A DNA stretch of 42,317 nt. It comes from a virus. Of the stretch, positions 32,789 through 42,195 are shown in pieces. Each line of letters starts with the position of its first letter. Positions within the stretch are counted from its first letter, which is position 1. The notes below the pieces were generated by a model. That model ran no database searches. It was not told the origin of the DNA and saw nothing but the letters and a program-made list of their open reading frames with translations. The stretch spans positions 1 through 42,317 of the IMG/VR virus record IMGVR_UViG_3300045597_000107; one strand, written 5' to 3'. A program made the translations under genes and the position numbers.

Positions 32789-33154
32789 ATGCAGACACCC
32801 GAGTTCCACGTCATGGCCATCACGGGCGGCAAGGAGATCGTGTTCCCCGCCCCGCAGGTAGCGGCCTTCGTCGCGCGCCGTCGCCTCATGGCCGACGAGC
32901 AGTACAAGGAGCTCTTGAAGAGCGAGGACAAGCGAGACGAGATCCTGGCGGGTATGCTCGCCAACGTCGCCCACTGCATCGAGTGCGCCCGCGTCCAGAA
33001 GGTCTCGGGCGTCTCCAAGCCGTCTGAGATCACGTTCGACACCTGCTACGACTTCTCCAACAGGTACTGGGTCGAGATCGTCTACCCGTCTACTGAGGAA
33101 GACGAGGGCCAGGCAGACGAAAACCCTACGGGTATGAAGCTCGTTCGTTCCTAG
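32789..33154 (+). CDS. Tail assembly chaperone (gpG-like)
   Basis: 121 aa with an acidic C-terminus. The position between tube and tape measure is canonical. Confidence 0.7.
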   Translation: MQTPEFHVMAITGGKEIVFPAPQVAAFVARRRLMADEQYKELLKSEDKRDEILAGMLANVAHCIECARVQKVSGVSKPSEITFDTCYDFSNRYWVEIVYPSTEEDEGQADENPTGMKLVRS

Positions 33155-33378
33155 CGCTGAGCCGCTACGCGGGGGCCTCCGTGCCGGAGCTCGTAAGCCT
33201 TGGCATGGACTACCCGGAGCTCCTCTACCAGATGTGGTGGGACATGGAGCTCGTCGGCGAGGACGCGCGCAAGAGCGGCCAGGAGCGCTCCTGGAAGAGG
33301 CGCGGGGAGAGCGCGAGCGCGGCCCGCGACAGGCTCAGGGCCGAGCGTCTCCTGGCGAGGAGCAGGGCCTTAAAGTAG
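32789..33378 (+). CDS. Tail assembly chaperone G-T fusion via candidate -1 frameshift at 33121-33127
   Basis: The -1 frame is open from 33097 to 33378 and overlaps the 3' end of the G ORF. A AAC CCT at 33121-33127 fits X XXY YYZ in the G frame (codons AAC 33122-33124, CCT 33125-33127). Confidence 0.4.
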
Positions 33379-33428
33379 CGGGGGAGACAGGGCGCACCAT
33401 CCACTCGAAGCGAAGTGGAGGTGCGCCC

Positions 33429-33860
33429 TTGTTCTCTGTCGAGGTCATAAATCTGGAGGAGACCATCGAGGTCCTGCACGACGTCGATGCGGGCATGGCC
33501 TCCATGCTCAAGTCTGAGATCAAGGAGCTTGCCAAGCCGACGCTCGCCAAGGCGAAGTCCTACGCGGGCGGTCTCGGCGCGAGCCCAACGGGCGCCTACG
33601 CGTCGTCGCTGTCCCTCTCCACCCGTGCCAACGGGGTCGTGCTCAAGTCGACCGACCCGGGCGGCGGCGTCATCGAGTTCGCGAACGTTGGCGCCACCAT
33701 CCTGACCGGTCCCCGGCGTGGGCGGCGTGCTGGGGTACCGCTCGGGTCGACACCGCCAAGGGCTCTCCTGCGGGCCGTCCTTGATGACGAGGAGACGCTC
33801 ATCGAGGATCTGAACGAGGCGGTTGGCCGCTACGTGGACGAGGTGGTCGACGTTGGGTAA
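33429..33860 (+). CDS. HK97 gp10-like tail/neck component (tentative)
   Basis: TTG at 33429 lies 7 nt after ggagg. ...AKSYAGGLGASPTGAYASSLSLSTRANGVVLKSTDPGGGVIEFAN resembles gp10-family motifs. The track ORF 33234..33860 over-extends. Confidence 0.4.
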   Translation: MFSVEVINLEETIEVLHDVDAGMASMLKSEIKELAKPTLAKAKSYAGGLGASPTGAYASSLSLSTRANGVVLKSTDPGGGVIEFANVGATILTGPRRGRRAGVPLGSTPPRALLRAVLDDEETLIEDLNEAVGRYVDEVVDVG

Positions 33861-36800
33861 GGCGTCCATCACCATCGCCATAAACGGCAAGTGGAACGGC
33901 AAAGGTGAGATAACAGCCGCCACGAGCGACCTGGGGCTGCTCAACAAGAGCGTCTCGGCCAACGCCCAGGACATGGCCAAGTACCTCACCCGCCAGGAGG
34001 ACAACGCCAAGCGCGTGAGCCGCCTGGCCGCAGCCACGTCGAAGTCCAACTCGGACTCCTTGGTCGCGTTCGGAAACAGCCTCGTTGAGCAGGGCGGCAG
34101 GATCTACCGATTCGGCGAGCAGGCGGCTGAGGTCGGGGACTCGCTCACCAAGAACGTGACCCTGCCCATGGTCGCGTTCGGCGCCCTGGCGGGCAAGTCC
34201 GCCGTTGACTACGACACCGCCATGGCAAACGTCCGAAAGACCACGGACATGACCGAGGCCGAGCTCAAGCAGCTCGGCGAGGCGGCGCTGGAGTCCTCGA
34301 AGAGCCAGCCCGTCACTGCTGAGGCCATCCTCAACGTAGAGGCCCTGGGCGCCCAGCTCGACGTGTCCGACGATAAGCTGCAGAGCTTCGCTCAGACCGT
34401 CAGCGGCCTCGACATCGCCACCAACATGGACGCCGACACCGCAGCCACCGACATGGCCCGATTCGCCAACATCGTGGGCATGAGCGAGGACGAGTACTCG
34501 AACTTCGGCTCCACCATCGTCGCCATCGGAAACAACATGGCCACCACGGAGTCTGAGGTCGCGAACATGAGCCTGCGCTTCGCCTCCGCCGGTCATCAGG
34601 CGGGGCTGTCGGAGTCTCAGATTCTCGGCATGAGCGCGGCCATGAGCTCCCTGGGCATCAAGTCGGAGATGGGCGGCTCGGCACTCTCCCAGATATTCGT
34701 CGACATCTCCAAGTCAGTGGCCCTGGGAGGTGAGTCGCTCGACGCCTACGCCAAGGCCGCCCACGTGAGCGCCGACGAGTTCGCGAGCGCGTGGAGGGAC
34801 GACGCGGCCGGGGCCTTCGTGGAGCTGCTCCAGGGCATCCAGGACTCCACCGCCGCCGGCGAGGACATGAACGTCATCCTGGGCGACCTCGGCATCACCC
34901 AGATCCGCCAGTCCGACGTCATGCGGCGCATGGCCGGCTCCGTGGGAGAGGTCACTGACGCGCTCGGGCTTTCCACCCAGGCGTGGCAGGACAACACGGC
35001 CCTCCAGGCGGAGGTGGACACCAGAAACGAGTCCATGGCCAGCCGCCTGCAGGTCCTCAAGAACCGCGCCGAGGCCCTCGGCATCCAGGTGGGCGGCCCC
35101 CTCGTCAACGCCCTCATCGACGTGCTCGACGAGTCCAACCCGCTCATCGGGACCGTCGAGACCCTCGTCCAGTCCTTCGCCGACGCCGACCAGGGCACGC
35201 AGCAGATGGTCATCGGGATGGCGGGCGTGGCCGCAGCGTCCGGCCCCGTGCTGTCCGTGGTGGGGCGGCTCACCGAGGGCATTGGCTCGCTCACCGCCTC
35301 GTTCGGCCACGCGGTGCAGGACGTGGGCGTCTACGAGGACGCCATGAGCACGGTGGACGGCTCGCAGATGCGCGTCTACGCCAGCGCCAAGACAACGGCC
35401 ACCAACATGGGCCTTCTCAAGAACAAGGTGGCTGAGGCGGCAGGAGGCGTGGACAGGTACGTCTCCACGTGGGAGGACTGGTACTCGGCGAGCGGCCAGG
35501 CCGAGAAGAAGACCGTGACGCTCAACAAGCTCGTGGAGAAGCAGACCGACCTGACGGGCAAGGCCGCGAGGAAGAACGCCGAGATGGTCGAATCCCTCAG
35601 AGGCGAGATCACGGGGCTCGAGGCCACGCGAGACGCCAACGCCGAGCTCATGGACGGCTGGAAGCAGACGGCCGGCGTCATGGACAGCGCTGGAAACAGC
35701 GTCACAACCAGCACGGGGCTTCTGACAAAGCTCAAGGACGGGGTGAAGCTGGCTGGTACCGAGGCTCTCGGCATGGTGGCCAACTTCGGGCTCATGATGG
35801 GCGTGTCGGCCGTCATAGGGCTCGTTGCCGCCGCAGTTGCGGACTACGCCGCCGAGGCCGCCGCGGCTCAGCAGCGCGCCGATGACCTCGCGAGCGCGTC
35901 GCGCGGCCTAGCCGACATAGAGGCCGACGCGGCCTCCGGTGCCACGTCCATGGCCGACGGCATCGGTGACGTCGGGGAGCGCGCCGAGAAGACCCTTCAG
36001 AACGTCATAGACCTCAACGACAAGTACGCCGAGACGTTCGGTGGCCTAGAGGTGTCGCGCGCCACGCTGTCAGACTACATCGGCACGATCGAGGAGCTTG
36101 CCGGGCAGACCGACCTCACGGCCTACCAGCAGGAGCGCCTCAAGCTCGCGGTCGAGGGCTACAACAGCATCACGGGCGACACCCTCGAAGTCACCGACGC
36201 CGTCAAGGGTGAGCTGTCCGAGTCCACCGACGAGATAAACCGCAACGCCGACGCCTGGGAGCGCAACGCTCGCTCGCAGGCCATGCAGGAGGCCGCGTCC
36301 GAGTACCTCAAGGAGGAGGCTCAGGCTCGTATCGAGCTCGAAGGGGCGACCGATGAGCTGAGCAAGCGTCAGGAACGTTACAACGAGCTGCATCAGAAGG
36401 CCATTGAAGCATCCAGCGGCGGAGCCGCTCTCACTAGGGAAGAGGCCGCAGAGCTACAGACCCTCTCGAACACCTCCAGTGACGCGGCGGGTTCGGTCGC
36501 GCAGGCGCAGGGCGCCGTGGACAGCGCAACAACGTCGCTCAACTCCGCTGCGCAGAGTTCGCAGTACGCCACCCAGGCCGCCAGCGAGCTGAATGACGCG
36601 TACGGGCAGTTCGCCTCCACCGCGAACGGCCAGACCCTCGAGAAGGCCGGGGTCAACGTCGACGACCTATCGGATCGACTGCGCGACCTAGGAGCCGACA
36701 CGGATGCTCTCAACGGTCTCACCAGCGACGATCTCAACGCAATGGTGGCAACCTACGGGACCTCGACTGACGGCATCATCAGGGGGCTCGAAGCCTACGG

Positions 36801-37563
36801 CGTGTCCATGGACCAGTCGGCCGCTCGTGCCGCCCAGATGGCGCGCTCGGTCGCATCTGACATCCAGTCGATGGACAACTCCGCTGCCACGTCCCTCAAC
36901 GGTGCCGGAATCGACGTCAACGAGTTCGCGCGCAAGATGGTCGCGGCCGGGGTCACGTCAGGGGACCTCAACAGAATCTCGACTTCGAGCTTCTCCAACA
37001 TGGCACAACGCTGCGGTGGAGACATGGATCAGCTCATCGGCATGATAAAGACCTATAACCAGCAGCCGCTGAACAACAAGTACGCCACCACCAGCGTCGA
37101 CTATTCGAGCCTGCGGGACGGCATCAACTACGCCGCGCAGTGGAACAACACCTACCTTAAGACGCTCACAGGCCGTGCGAACTACACCGCTCAGCACGTG
37201 GGCATGGCATCTGGCGGCCTGCGCTACCACGCCGACGGTGGAATCGTTGCGCGTTATCACGCGAACGGCGGCGCCATAGCGACCAGGGCAACCCCCATCG
37301 TCGACATCGTTGGCGAGGCTGGTGCCGAGGCGGTCATCCCCCTCACGAACAAGCGCTACGTGCGCCCCTTCGCCGCCACCGTGGCCGAGGAGATGGGCCG
37401 CTACAACGCGGAGGGCTCCAGGGCCCTGCCGCAGACGGTCAACTACAACTACTCTATTTCCATTGACGGGACCTCGCTTCAGGGCAACGCCCGAGCCAAC
37501 CGCGCCCTCGCGGAGCTCGTGGACGCCCTCGACACCGTGTCCCGCGCGGGGGTGAGCTACTGA
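33853..37563 (+). CDS. Tape measure protein
   Basis: About 1236 aa, Ala/Ser-rich and helical. C-terminal GGLRYHADGGIVARYHANGG...DIVGEAGAEAVIPL motif. The start is uncertain: TTG at 33853 or TTG at 33823. Confidence 0.85.
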   Translation: MGKASITIAINGKWNGKGEITAATSDLGLLNKSVSANAQDMAKYLTRQEDNAKRVSRLAAATSKSNSDSLVAFGNSLVEQGGRIYRFGEQAAEVGDSLTKNVTLPMVAFGALAGKSAVDYDTAMANVRKTTDMTEAELKQLGEAALESSKSQPVTAEAILNVEALGAQLDVSDDKLQSFAQTVSGLDIATNMDADTAATDMARFANIVGMSEDEYSNFGSTIVAIGNNMATTESEVANMSLRFASAGHQAGLSESQILGMSAAMSSLGIKSEMGGSALSQIFVDISKSVALGGESLDAYAKAAHVSADEFASAWRDDAAGAFVELLQGIQDSTAAGEDMNVILGDLGITQIRQSDVMRRMAGSVGEVTDALGLSTQAWQDNTALQAEVDTRNESMASRLQVLKNRAEALGIQVGGPLVNALIDVLDESNPLIGTVETLVQSFADADQGTQQMVIGMAGVAAASGPVLSVVGRLTEGIGSLTASFGHAVQDVGVYEDAMSTVDGSQMRVYASAKTTATNMGLLKNKVAEAAGGVDRYVSTWEDWYSASGQAEKKTVTLNKLVEKQTDLTGKAARKNAEMVESLRGEITGLEATRDANAELMDGWKQTAGVMDSAGNSVTTSTGLLTKLKDGVKLAGTEALGMVANFGLMMGVSAVIGLVAAAVADYAAEAAAAQQRADDLASASRGLADIEADAASGATSMADGIGDVGERAEKTLQNVIDLNDKYAETFGGLEVSRATLSDYIGTIEELAGQTDLTAYQQERLKLAVEGYNSITGDTLEVTDAVKGELSESTDEINRNADAWERNARSQAMQEAASEYLKEEAQARIELEGATDELSKRQERYNELHQKAIEASSGGAALTREEAAELQTLSNTSSDAAGSVAQAQGAVDSATTSLNSAAQSSQYATQAASELNDAYGQFASTANGQTLEKAGVNVDDLSDRLRDLGADTDALNGLTSDDLNAMVATYGTSTDGIIRGLEAYGVSMDQSAARAAQMARSVASDIQSMDNSAATSLNGAGIDVNEFARKMVAAGVTSGDLNRISTSSFSNMAQRCGGDMDQLIGMIKTYNQQPLNNKYATTSVDYSSLRDGINYAAQWNNTYLKTLTGRANYTAQHVGMASGGLRYHADGGIVARYHANGGAIATRATPIVDIVGEAGAEAVIPLTNKRYVRPFAATVAEEMGRYNAEGSRALPQTVNYNYSISIDGTSLQGNARANRALAELVDALDTVSRAGVSY

Positions 37564-39653
37564 TGTCGATAGTCTCCGCACCGAGACCGCCCAAGAACGT
37601 GGGCATCTACATCCCGTTCGGAATCCCGGTTTCCGGCGTCGAGAACGTGAACGTCTCGTGGGCGGTCGACACGGACGAGGAGCACCCGTGGAGCTCGGTC
37701 AAGTGCCAGATGCAGCTCAACGACGGGTCGTGGGTCGGCTTCAGCAACAGCATCATGAGCCCGACCGTCACCAGCTTCCAGCACGCGCAGCAGATGCGCG
37801 GCAACAAGCTCCGCTTCAGGCTGTGGTCGGAGAACTCGGCGGGCACGTCCGACTACGTCCTCACGGGCCCCGTCTACGGGCAGCCCCTGCCGCCCAAGAA
37901 CGTCAAGGTGACGAGGACCGACAGCACGAAGGTCACGGTGAGCGCGGAGGCCTCCTCGCCCTACTGGAACTACGTCGACATAGACATGCAGGAGGGCGAC
38001 GGCACCTGGAAGGACGTCACGCTCTCGAGCAAGCTCTCGAACACGCTGACCGCGACCTCCAATAGGCTAAGGGTCAGCCTCACGATGGACGTGTCCTCGG
38101 GGGGAGAAAACTCCCAGCCGAAGAGCTCGGACATGGTCGTGACGCCCTGGGTCTCGGGGGTGTGCGCGCCCCTGGCCCCGAGGGTGTCGGTGAGGTCTCA
38201 GGTCGTGAGCCTGAACGACACGAACGTCGTCTCGTGGGAGTCGAACCACCCCGACGCCACCGAGCAGTACTACGCGCAGGTCGAGCTCACGTCTCCTGAC
38301 GGCACCACGAGCGTCACCGACGTCGACAACGTGGTGGGGGGCGTGGAGGTTTCCGGCATCATGCTGCCGGCTTTTCCTATGCCCATCGAGGACAGCTCCC
38401 TCGAGACACCCGCCATCGCCCTCGTCGGGACCTACTCCGTTCGCGTCAGGACCAAGTCAAACGTCTCGGACCTGTGGGGCGCGTGGTCGTACGCCGATAC
38501 GTTTTTTGCCGGGACGCCACCCGTCGTCTCCATAACCTCCCCGTCCGAGGACGGCTCCGACGTGACCGGCGTCCCCGTGAGGGCGAGCTGGGAGGTCTCG
38601 AGCGACTCGGGCCTGTCCTACCAGCAGCCTCGGCTGGAGGACGAGGACGGAGAGGTCCTGAAGAGATGGGAGGTTGCCGTCTCGGCAAGGGACCTCTCGA
38701 TGTCCCTTGCCGACTTCAGATTCGTCGAGGGGACGACCTACGTCCTCGTCGTTGTCGCCACGAACGGCATAGGCCTTTCCGCGAGCGACACGAGAACTTT
38801 CACGCTTCACTACCCCAAGCCGCCCGAGCCCATGGCCGACGTCTACCAGGATGACGACCTCGCCGCCCACGTGTGGATCGCCAACGGCTCGGCAGAGCTG
38901 TGGGGGGTCGAGGACGACCCGACGTACGGAGTCGACCTCGTGGGCACGAACGTCCTGTCCGTCTCCGACGTCGGCATAGCCCTGTCGCCGAGGGACAACG
39001 ACTCGGTCACGCTCGACGGCTCGGTCGTGGGGCTTCCCGAGAGCGCCGGAGAACCCGAGATACCGTCCGTCTACCTCGCGGCCGAGCGCATCGACCCCGA
39101 CGGCTCCAGGACCCCCGTCGGCGGGCGCCTCTCCGAGGGACAGGAGGTCATAGACCCGCTCCCACCGCTGAACGTCGAGGTGACCTACCGCGTGACGGCC
39201 TTCTCCGCAGACGGGGCGCCCGCCTACGTCGACGTGGTCATCGTCGTGGGCTCCGGTGGCATGGAGGCCTACAACTTCGGTCCCGGGGCCTCCGAGGAGC
39301 TGTCGCTGGGCCTTGACGCGAGCGCGTCGGAGTCCGTCGCGCACACCGGCGAGACCTTCCGCTTCGCCCTCGGGGCGGACCAGGCCAACCTGCCGACCTT
39401 CTACCCGGACGGGGACATGGACGTCACCGGGTCGCGCTCCTACGTCGTGAGCCAGCTGTCCGTCTACAAGAGGCTGCGCGAGCTCGCGCGCGCCAGCGGC
39501 GGCGCCCTCGTGTGGTACCGCGACGCATGGGGCAACCGCGCCTTCGGGGTGGCGTCCGTGAGCCTGTCCTACGACGCGAAGCAGTACCGTCTGTGGGGGG
39601 CGCAGATAGGGTTCACCGAGTGCGTCTGGGAGGAGCCGAACCGTGGCCAGTGA
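37563..39653 (+). CDS. Distal tail protein (Dit) with large N-terminal/central extra domains
   Basis: 696 aa directly after the tape measure. N-terminal FN3-like repeats (PPKNV...VSW... occurs twice). C-terminal siphovirus tail-component-like region. Confidence 0.65.
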   Translation: MSIVSAPRPPKNVGIYIPFGIPVSGVENVNVSWAVDTDEEHPWSSVKCQMQLNDGSWVGFSNSIMSPTVTSFQHAQQMRGNKLRFRLWSENSAGTSDYVLTGPVYGQPLPPKNVKVTRTDSTKVTVSAEASSPYWNYVDIDMQEGDGTWKDVTLSSKLSNTLTATSNRLRVSLTMDVSSGGENSQPKSSDMVVTPWVSGVCAPLAPRVSVRSQVVSLNDTNVVSWESNHPDATEQYYAQVELTSPDGTTSVTDVDNVVGGVEVSGIMLPAFPMPIEDSSLETPAIALVGTYSVRVRTKSNVSDLWGAWSYADTFFAGTPPVVSITSPSEDGSDVTGVPVRASWEVSSDSGLSYQQPRLEDEDGEVLKRWEVAVSARDLSMSLADFRFVEGTTYVLVVVATNGIGLSASDTRTFTLHYPKPPEPMADVYQDDDLAAHVWIANGSAELWGVEDDPTYGVDLVGTNVLSVSDVGIALSPRDNDSVTLDGSVVGLPESAGEPEIPSVYLAAERIDPDGSRTPVGGRLSEGQEVIDPLPPLNVEVTYRVTAFSADGAPAYVDVVIVVGSGGMEAYNFGPGASEELSLGLDASASESVAHTGETFRFALGADQANLPTFYPDGDMDVTGSRSYVVSQLSVYKRLRELARASGGALVWYRDAWGNRAFGVASVSLSYDAKQYRLWGAQIGFTECVWEEPNRGQ

Positions 39654-40746
39654 CCAGAGGTGGCTCGAGAGGACCTCGTCCACGCGCTATAGGTTCATGC
39701 GCGTCTCCCGCTCCACCGGCTACGAGGTGGGGACCCTGTCGATGCTCAAGGGCGGCACCATCTCGCGCAACCTCGACGTGCGCGTCATGGAGACCTGCGA
39801 GACCGAGTGCGTCAGCCGCCTCGACGTGGGCCGAGACCTCGTGCGCGTCTACATGGACGTCTCGTGGCCGGACGGCGGGACGGCAAGCGAGTGCCTCGGG
39901 ACCTTCCTGCCGAGCGTCCCGTCGCGCAGGGTCATGGGGGGTTACTCGACCTCCACGGTCAAGATGTCGGGCAGGCTCCAGGAGCTGCTCGACGACTCCC
40001 CCAAGGGACCGCTCGTCGTGGAGAAGGGGGCCAACGCGGTCAACGTCGCCAAGAGCGTCTGCACGGGCATGGGCCTCGAGGTGGTGGCCGACGCGTCGAG
40101 CTACGTGACGAGCCGCGTGCGCACCTACGGCATCGGCGTCGAGCAGAACAACTCAGAGGTGGGGGAGACCAAGCTCGACATGGTGAACGACCTTCTGGGA
40201 CTCGCAGGATTCTGGGCGGCAAAGACCGACTCGAGGGGCCGCATCCTCATGAGGCGCTATGACGAGCTCGCCGACCGCGCGCCCGCGTGGGAGTACGTCG
40301 AGGGTCCCATGGCCAAGTTCGAGGCCCAGATGGAGGAGGAGCGAGACGTGAGCGGAGTGGCCAACCACGTCGTGTGCGTCTACTCGACCGACGACGCCAC
40401 CGTGGTGGGCGAGGCGTGGGACACCGACCCCGAAAGCGAGTTCTCGACCGTCTCGGTTGGCCGCACCATCACCAAGGGATACACCTACTCGGAGCTGCCG
40501 AGCGGGAACCCCACAGACCAGAGGGAGACGGCCGTCTCTCAGGCCAACAGGCTGCTCAGGCAGAACCAGAGCGTCATCAACCGCGTGAGCATGCGTGGGG
40601 TCTACGCGCCGGTGAGCGTGACCGAGGCCGTCAACCTCGACTACCCGTCGGGGAACTTGAGCGGCAAGTTCGAGATAAGGACGCAGGAGCTCTCGCTCAC
40701 GGCGGGATGCCCCACCCAGACCGAGCTCAGGAGGTTCACGAGATGA
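39643..40746 (+). CDS. Tail-associated / baseplate hub-like protein (Tal N-terminal-like)
   Basis: 367 aa following Dit; the GTG start overlaps the Dit end. The function is inferred from synteny. Confidence 0.55.
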   Translation: MASDQRWLERTSSTRYRFMRVSRSTGYEVGTLSMLKGGTISRNLDVRVMETCETECVSRLDVGRDLVRVYMDVSWPDGGTASECLGTFLPSVPSRRVMGGYSTSTVKMSGRLQELLDDSPKGPLVVEKGANAVNVAKSVCTGMGLEVVADASSYVTSRVRTYGIGVEQNNSEVGETKLDMVNDLLGLAGFWAAKTDSRGRILMRRYDELADRAPAWEYVEGPMAKFEAQMEEERDVSGVANHVVCVYSTDDATVVGEAWDTDPESEFSTVSVGRTITKGYTYSELPSGNPTDQRETAVSQANRLLRQNQSVINRVSMRGVYAPVSVTEAVNLDYPSGNLSGKFEIRTQELSLTAGCPTQTELRRFTR

Positions 40747-41033
40747 GCGGATACCCGATAGGCTCCTCGACCAGGAAGATAGCGGACGACCTCGCGCAAA
40801 GCGTGGCGCGAATCCTGAGGGGTAGCATGCCGCCCTCAATCAAGCGAGAAATCATGAGCGTGACCAGGAACAACGGGGACGGGACCCTCGACCTCGAGCG
40901 CGGCGACTCCGAGGCCTCGCAGCCGATGCAGGGGATACCGGCGCTAACCTCGTGCTCAGCCGCCAAGTCAGGTGACAGGGTGCTCGTGGACACCTGCAAC
41001 CACGTCAGCTACGTAATGGGGATACTCGCCTAG
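40743..41033 (+). CDS. Small tail/baseplate protein (96 aa)
   Basis: ATG at 40743 overlaps the upstream tga. It is an internal start of track ORF 40287..41033. Confidence 0.5.
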   Translation: MSGYPIGSSTRKIADDLAQSVARILRGSMPPSIKREIMSVTRNNGDGTLDLERGDSEASQPMQGIPALTSCSAAKSGDRVLVDTCNHVSYVMGILA

Positions 41034-41049
41034 CGCAAGGGAGAAAGAC

Positions 41050-42195
41050 ATGAGCGAGAACAACAACCAGATGCTCTACGACTCCGACAAGCAGATCTAC
41101 GCGGTCAAGGTGAAGGGCAAGACCTACGGCATCGCCGGAGCCGACGGCGCGGCCGAGAAGGCCCGCGTCGAGAGTGAGGCGGCACGAAAGACCTCCGAGA
41201 CGGCCCGCTCCAGCGCCGAGGGCACGCGCGACCAGAACGAGCAGGAGCGCCGCTCGAACGAGGCGATGCGCACGAGCTCAGAGGGTATGCGCAAAGCTAA
41301 TGAGGACACACGTGTCATGGAGGAGCAGGACCGCGTCTCGTCAGAGTCTGCACGAAAGGCCGCCGAGACCAACAGGGCATCGGCTGAGTCATCCCGCCAG
41401 ATCGCAGAGACGGCGCGCGTCGATTCCGAGGACTCTCGCCAGGCGGCGGAGTCCTCCAGGGCGTCCGCTGAGTCAGCTCGCGTCGCCGCTGACCAGCAGA
41501 GAGACTTCGACCAGGCCAAGAACAACAGCGACCAGGCTCTGAACAACGCGGCGGCGCAGGGCCTGCAGGTGGTCAAGCTCACCGAGGGCCAGTACGACCC
41601 GACCTCCGGCGAGCCCACCGTGGAGGGCCAGGTCGGCAAGCTCTACTTCGTGCCCACCAGCAACGGAGTCGGAGACGACCTCTACACCGAGTGGATGCTC
41701 ATCGACTCTGAGTGGGAGAAGGTCGGCTCCACCACGGCTAGCATCGACCCCATAGTCACCGACCAGATCGACGCCGTTTCGCTCGACCAGTCGCCGGTTG
41801 GCGGGCAGGTCCTCAACCTCACGGGGCTCTCCTACCTCTGGAACCGCATCAAGAGCGCCTTCGCCTACAAGTCCCACACGCACCCCGCCTCCGACGTCAC
41901 CTCCGGCACCCTCCCGCTCGCGCGCGGCGGCACCGGCTCCGGCGACGCGACCGCCGCGAGGGCGGCGCTCGGCGCGGCGTCGAGCCAGGAGGTGCAGGCG
42001 CTCCGGGATTCCGTATCCCCGAACCTTCCAATAGGCGACATCAACTACGCCAGGGCCACCATGTGGGTTGACGGCACGATCGTGCTGTTCTTCTCTCTGT
42101 CATCCACCGAGAACTATCAGCTGCAGATCAAGTCCAACAAGTTGGTGTGGGCGCACTACGTCAACAACTCGCCGACCGTCATCTGGAGCAAGTAG
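41050..42195 (+). CDS. Tail fibre / receptor-binding protein with exchangeable C-terminal tip
   Basis: 381 aa with 16 consecutive xxxExxR heptads (aa 40-151). The crossover site lies in frame at 42006-42019. The expressed 58-aa tip is PNLPIGDINYARATMWVDGTIVLFFSLSSTENYQLQIKSNKLVWAHYVNNSPTVIWSK. Confidence 0.85.
   Translation: MSENNNQMLYDSDKQIYAVKVKGKTYGIAGADGAAEKARVESEAARKTSETARSSAEGTRDQNEQERRSNEAMRTSSEGMRKANEDTRVMEEQDRVSSESARKAAETNRASAESSRQIAETARVDSEDSRQAAESSRASAESARVAADQQRDFDQAKNNSDQALNNAAAQGLQVVKLTEGQYDPTSGEPTVEGQVGKLYFVPTSNGVGDDLYTEWMLIDSEWEKVGSTTASIDPIVTDQIDAVSLDQSPVGGQVLNLTGLSYLWNRIKSAFAYKSHTHPASDVTSGTLPLARGGTGSGDATAARAALGAASSQEVQALRDSVSPNLPIGDINYARATMWVDGTIVLFFSLSSTENYQLQIKSNKLVWAHYVNNSPTVIWSK
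42006..42019 (+). repeat. Crossover site R0 inside the expressed tail-fibre gene (GGATTCCGTATCCC)
   Basis: The 12-nt core ATTCCGTATCCC (42008-42019) is identical to all six downstream sites. It is read gat-tcc-gta-tcc-C (D-S-V-S), the same phase as every cassette. Confidence 0.9.

Noticed and set aside
41050-42195. A diversity-generating retroelement acting on the tail fibre
   Set aside because: No reverse transcriptase ORF occurs anywhere in the window. There is no template/variable repeat pair with adenine-specific differences. The variation is explained by discrete cassettes.
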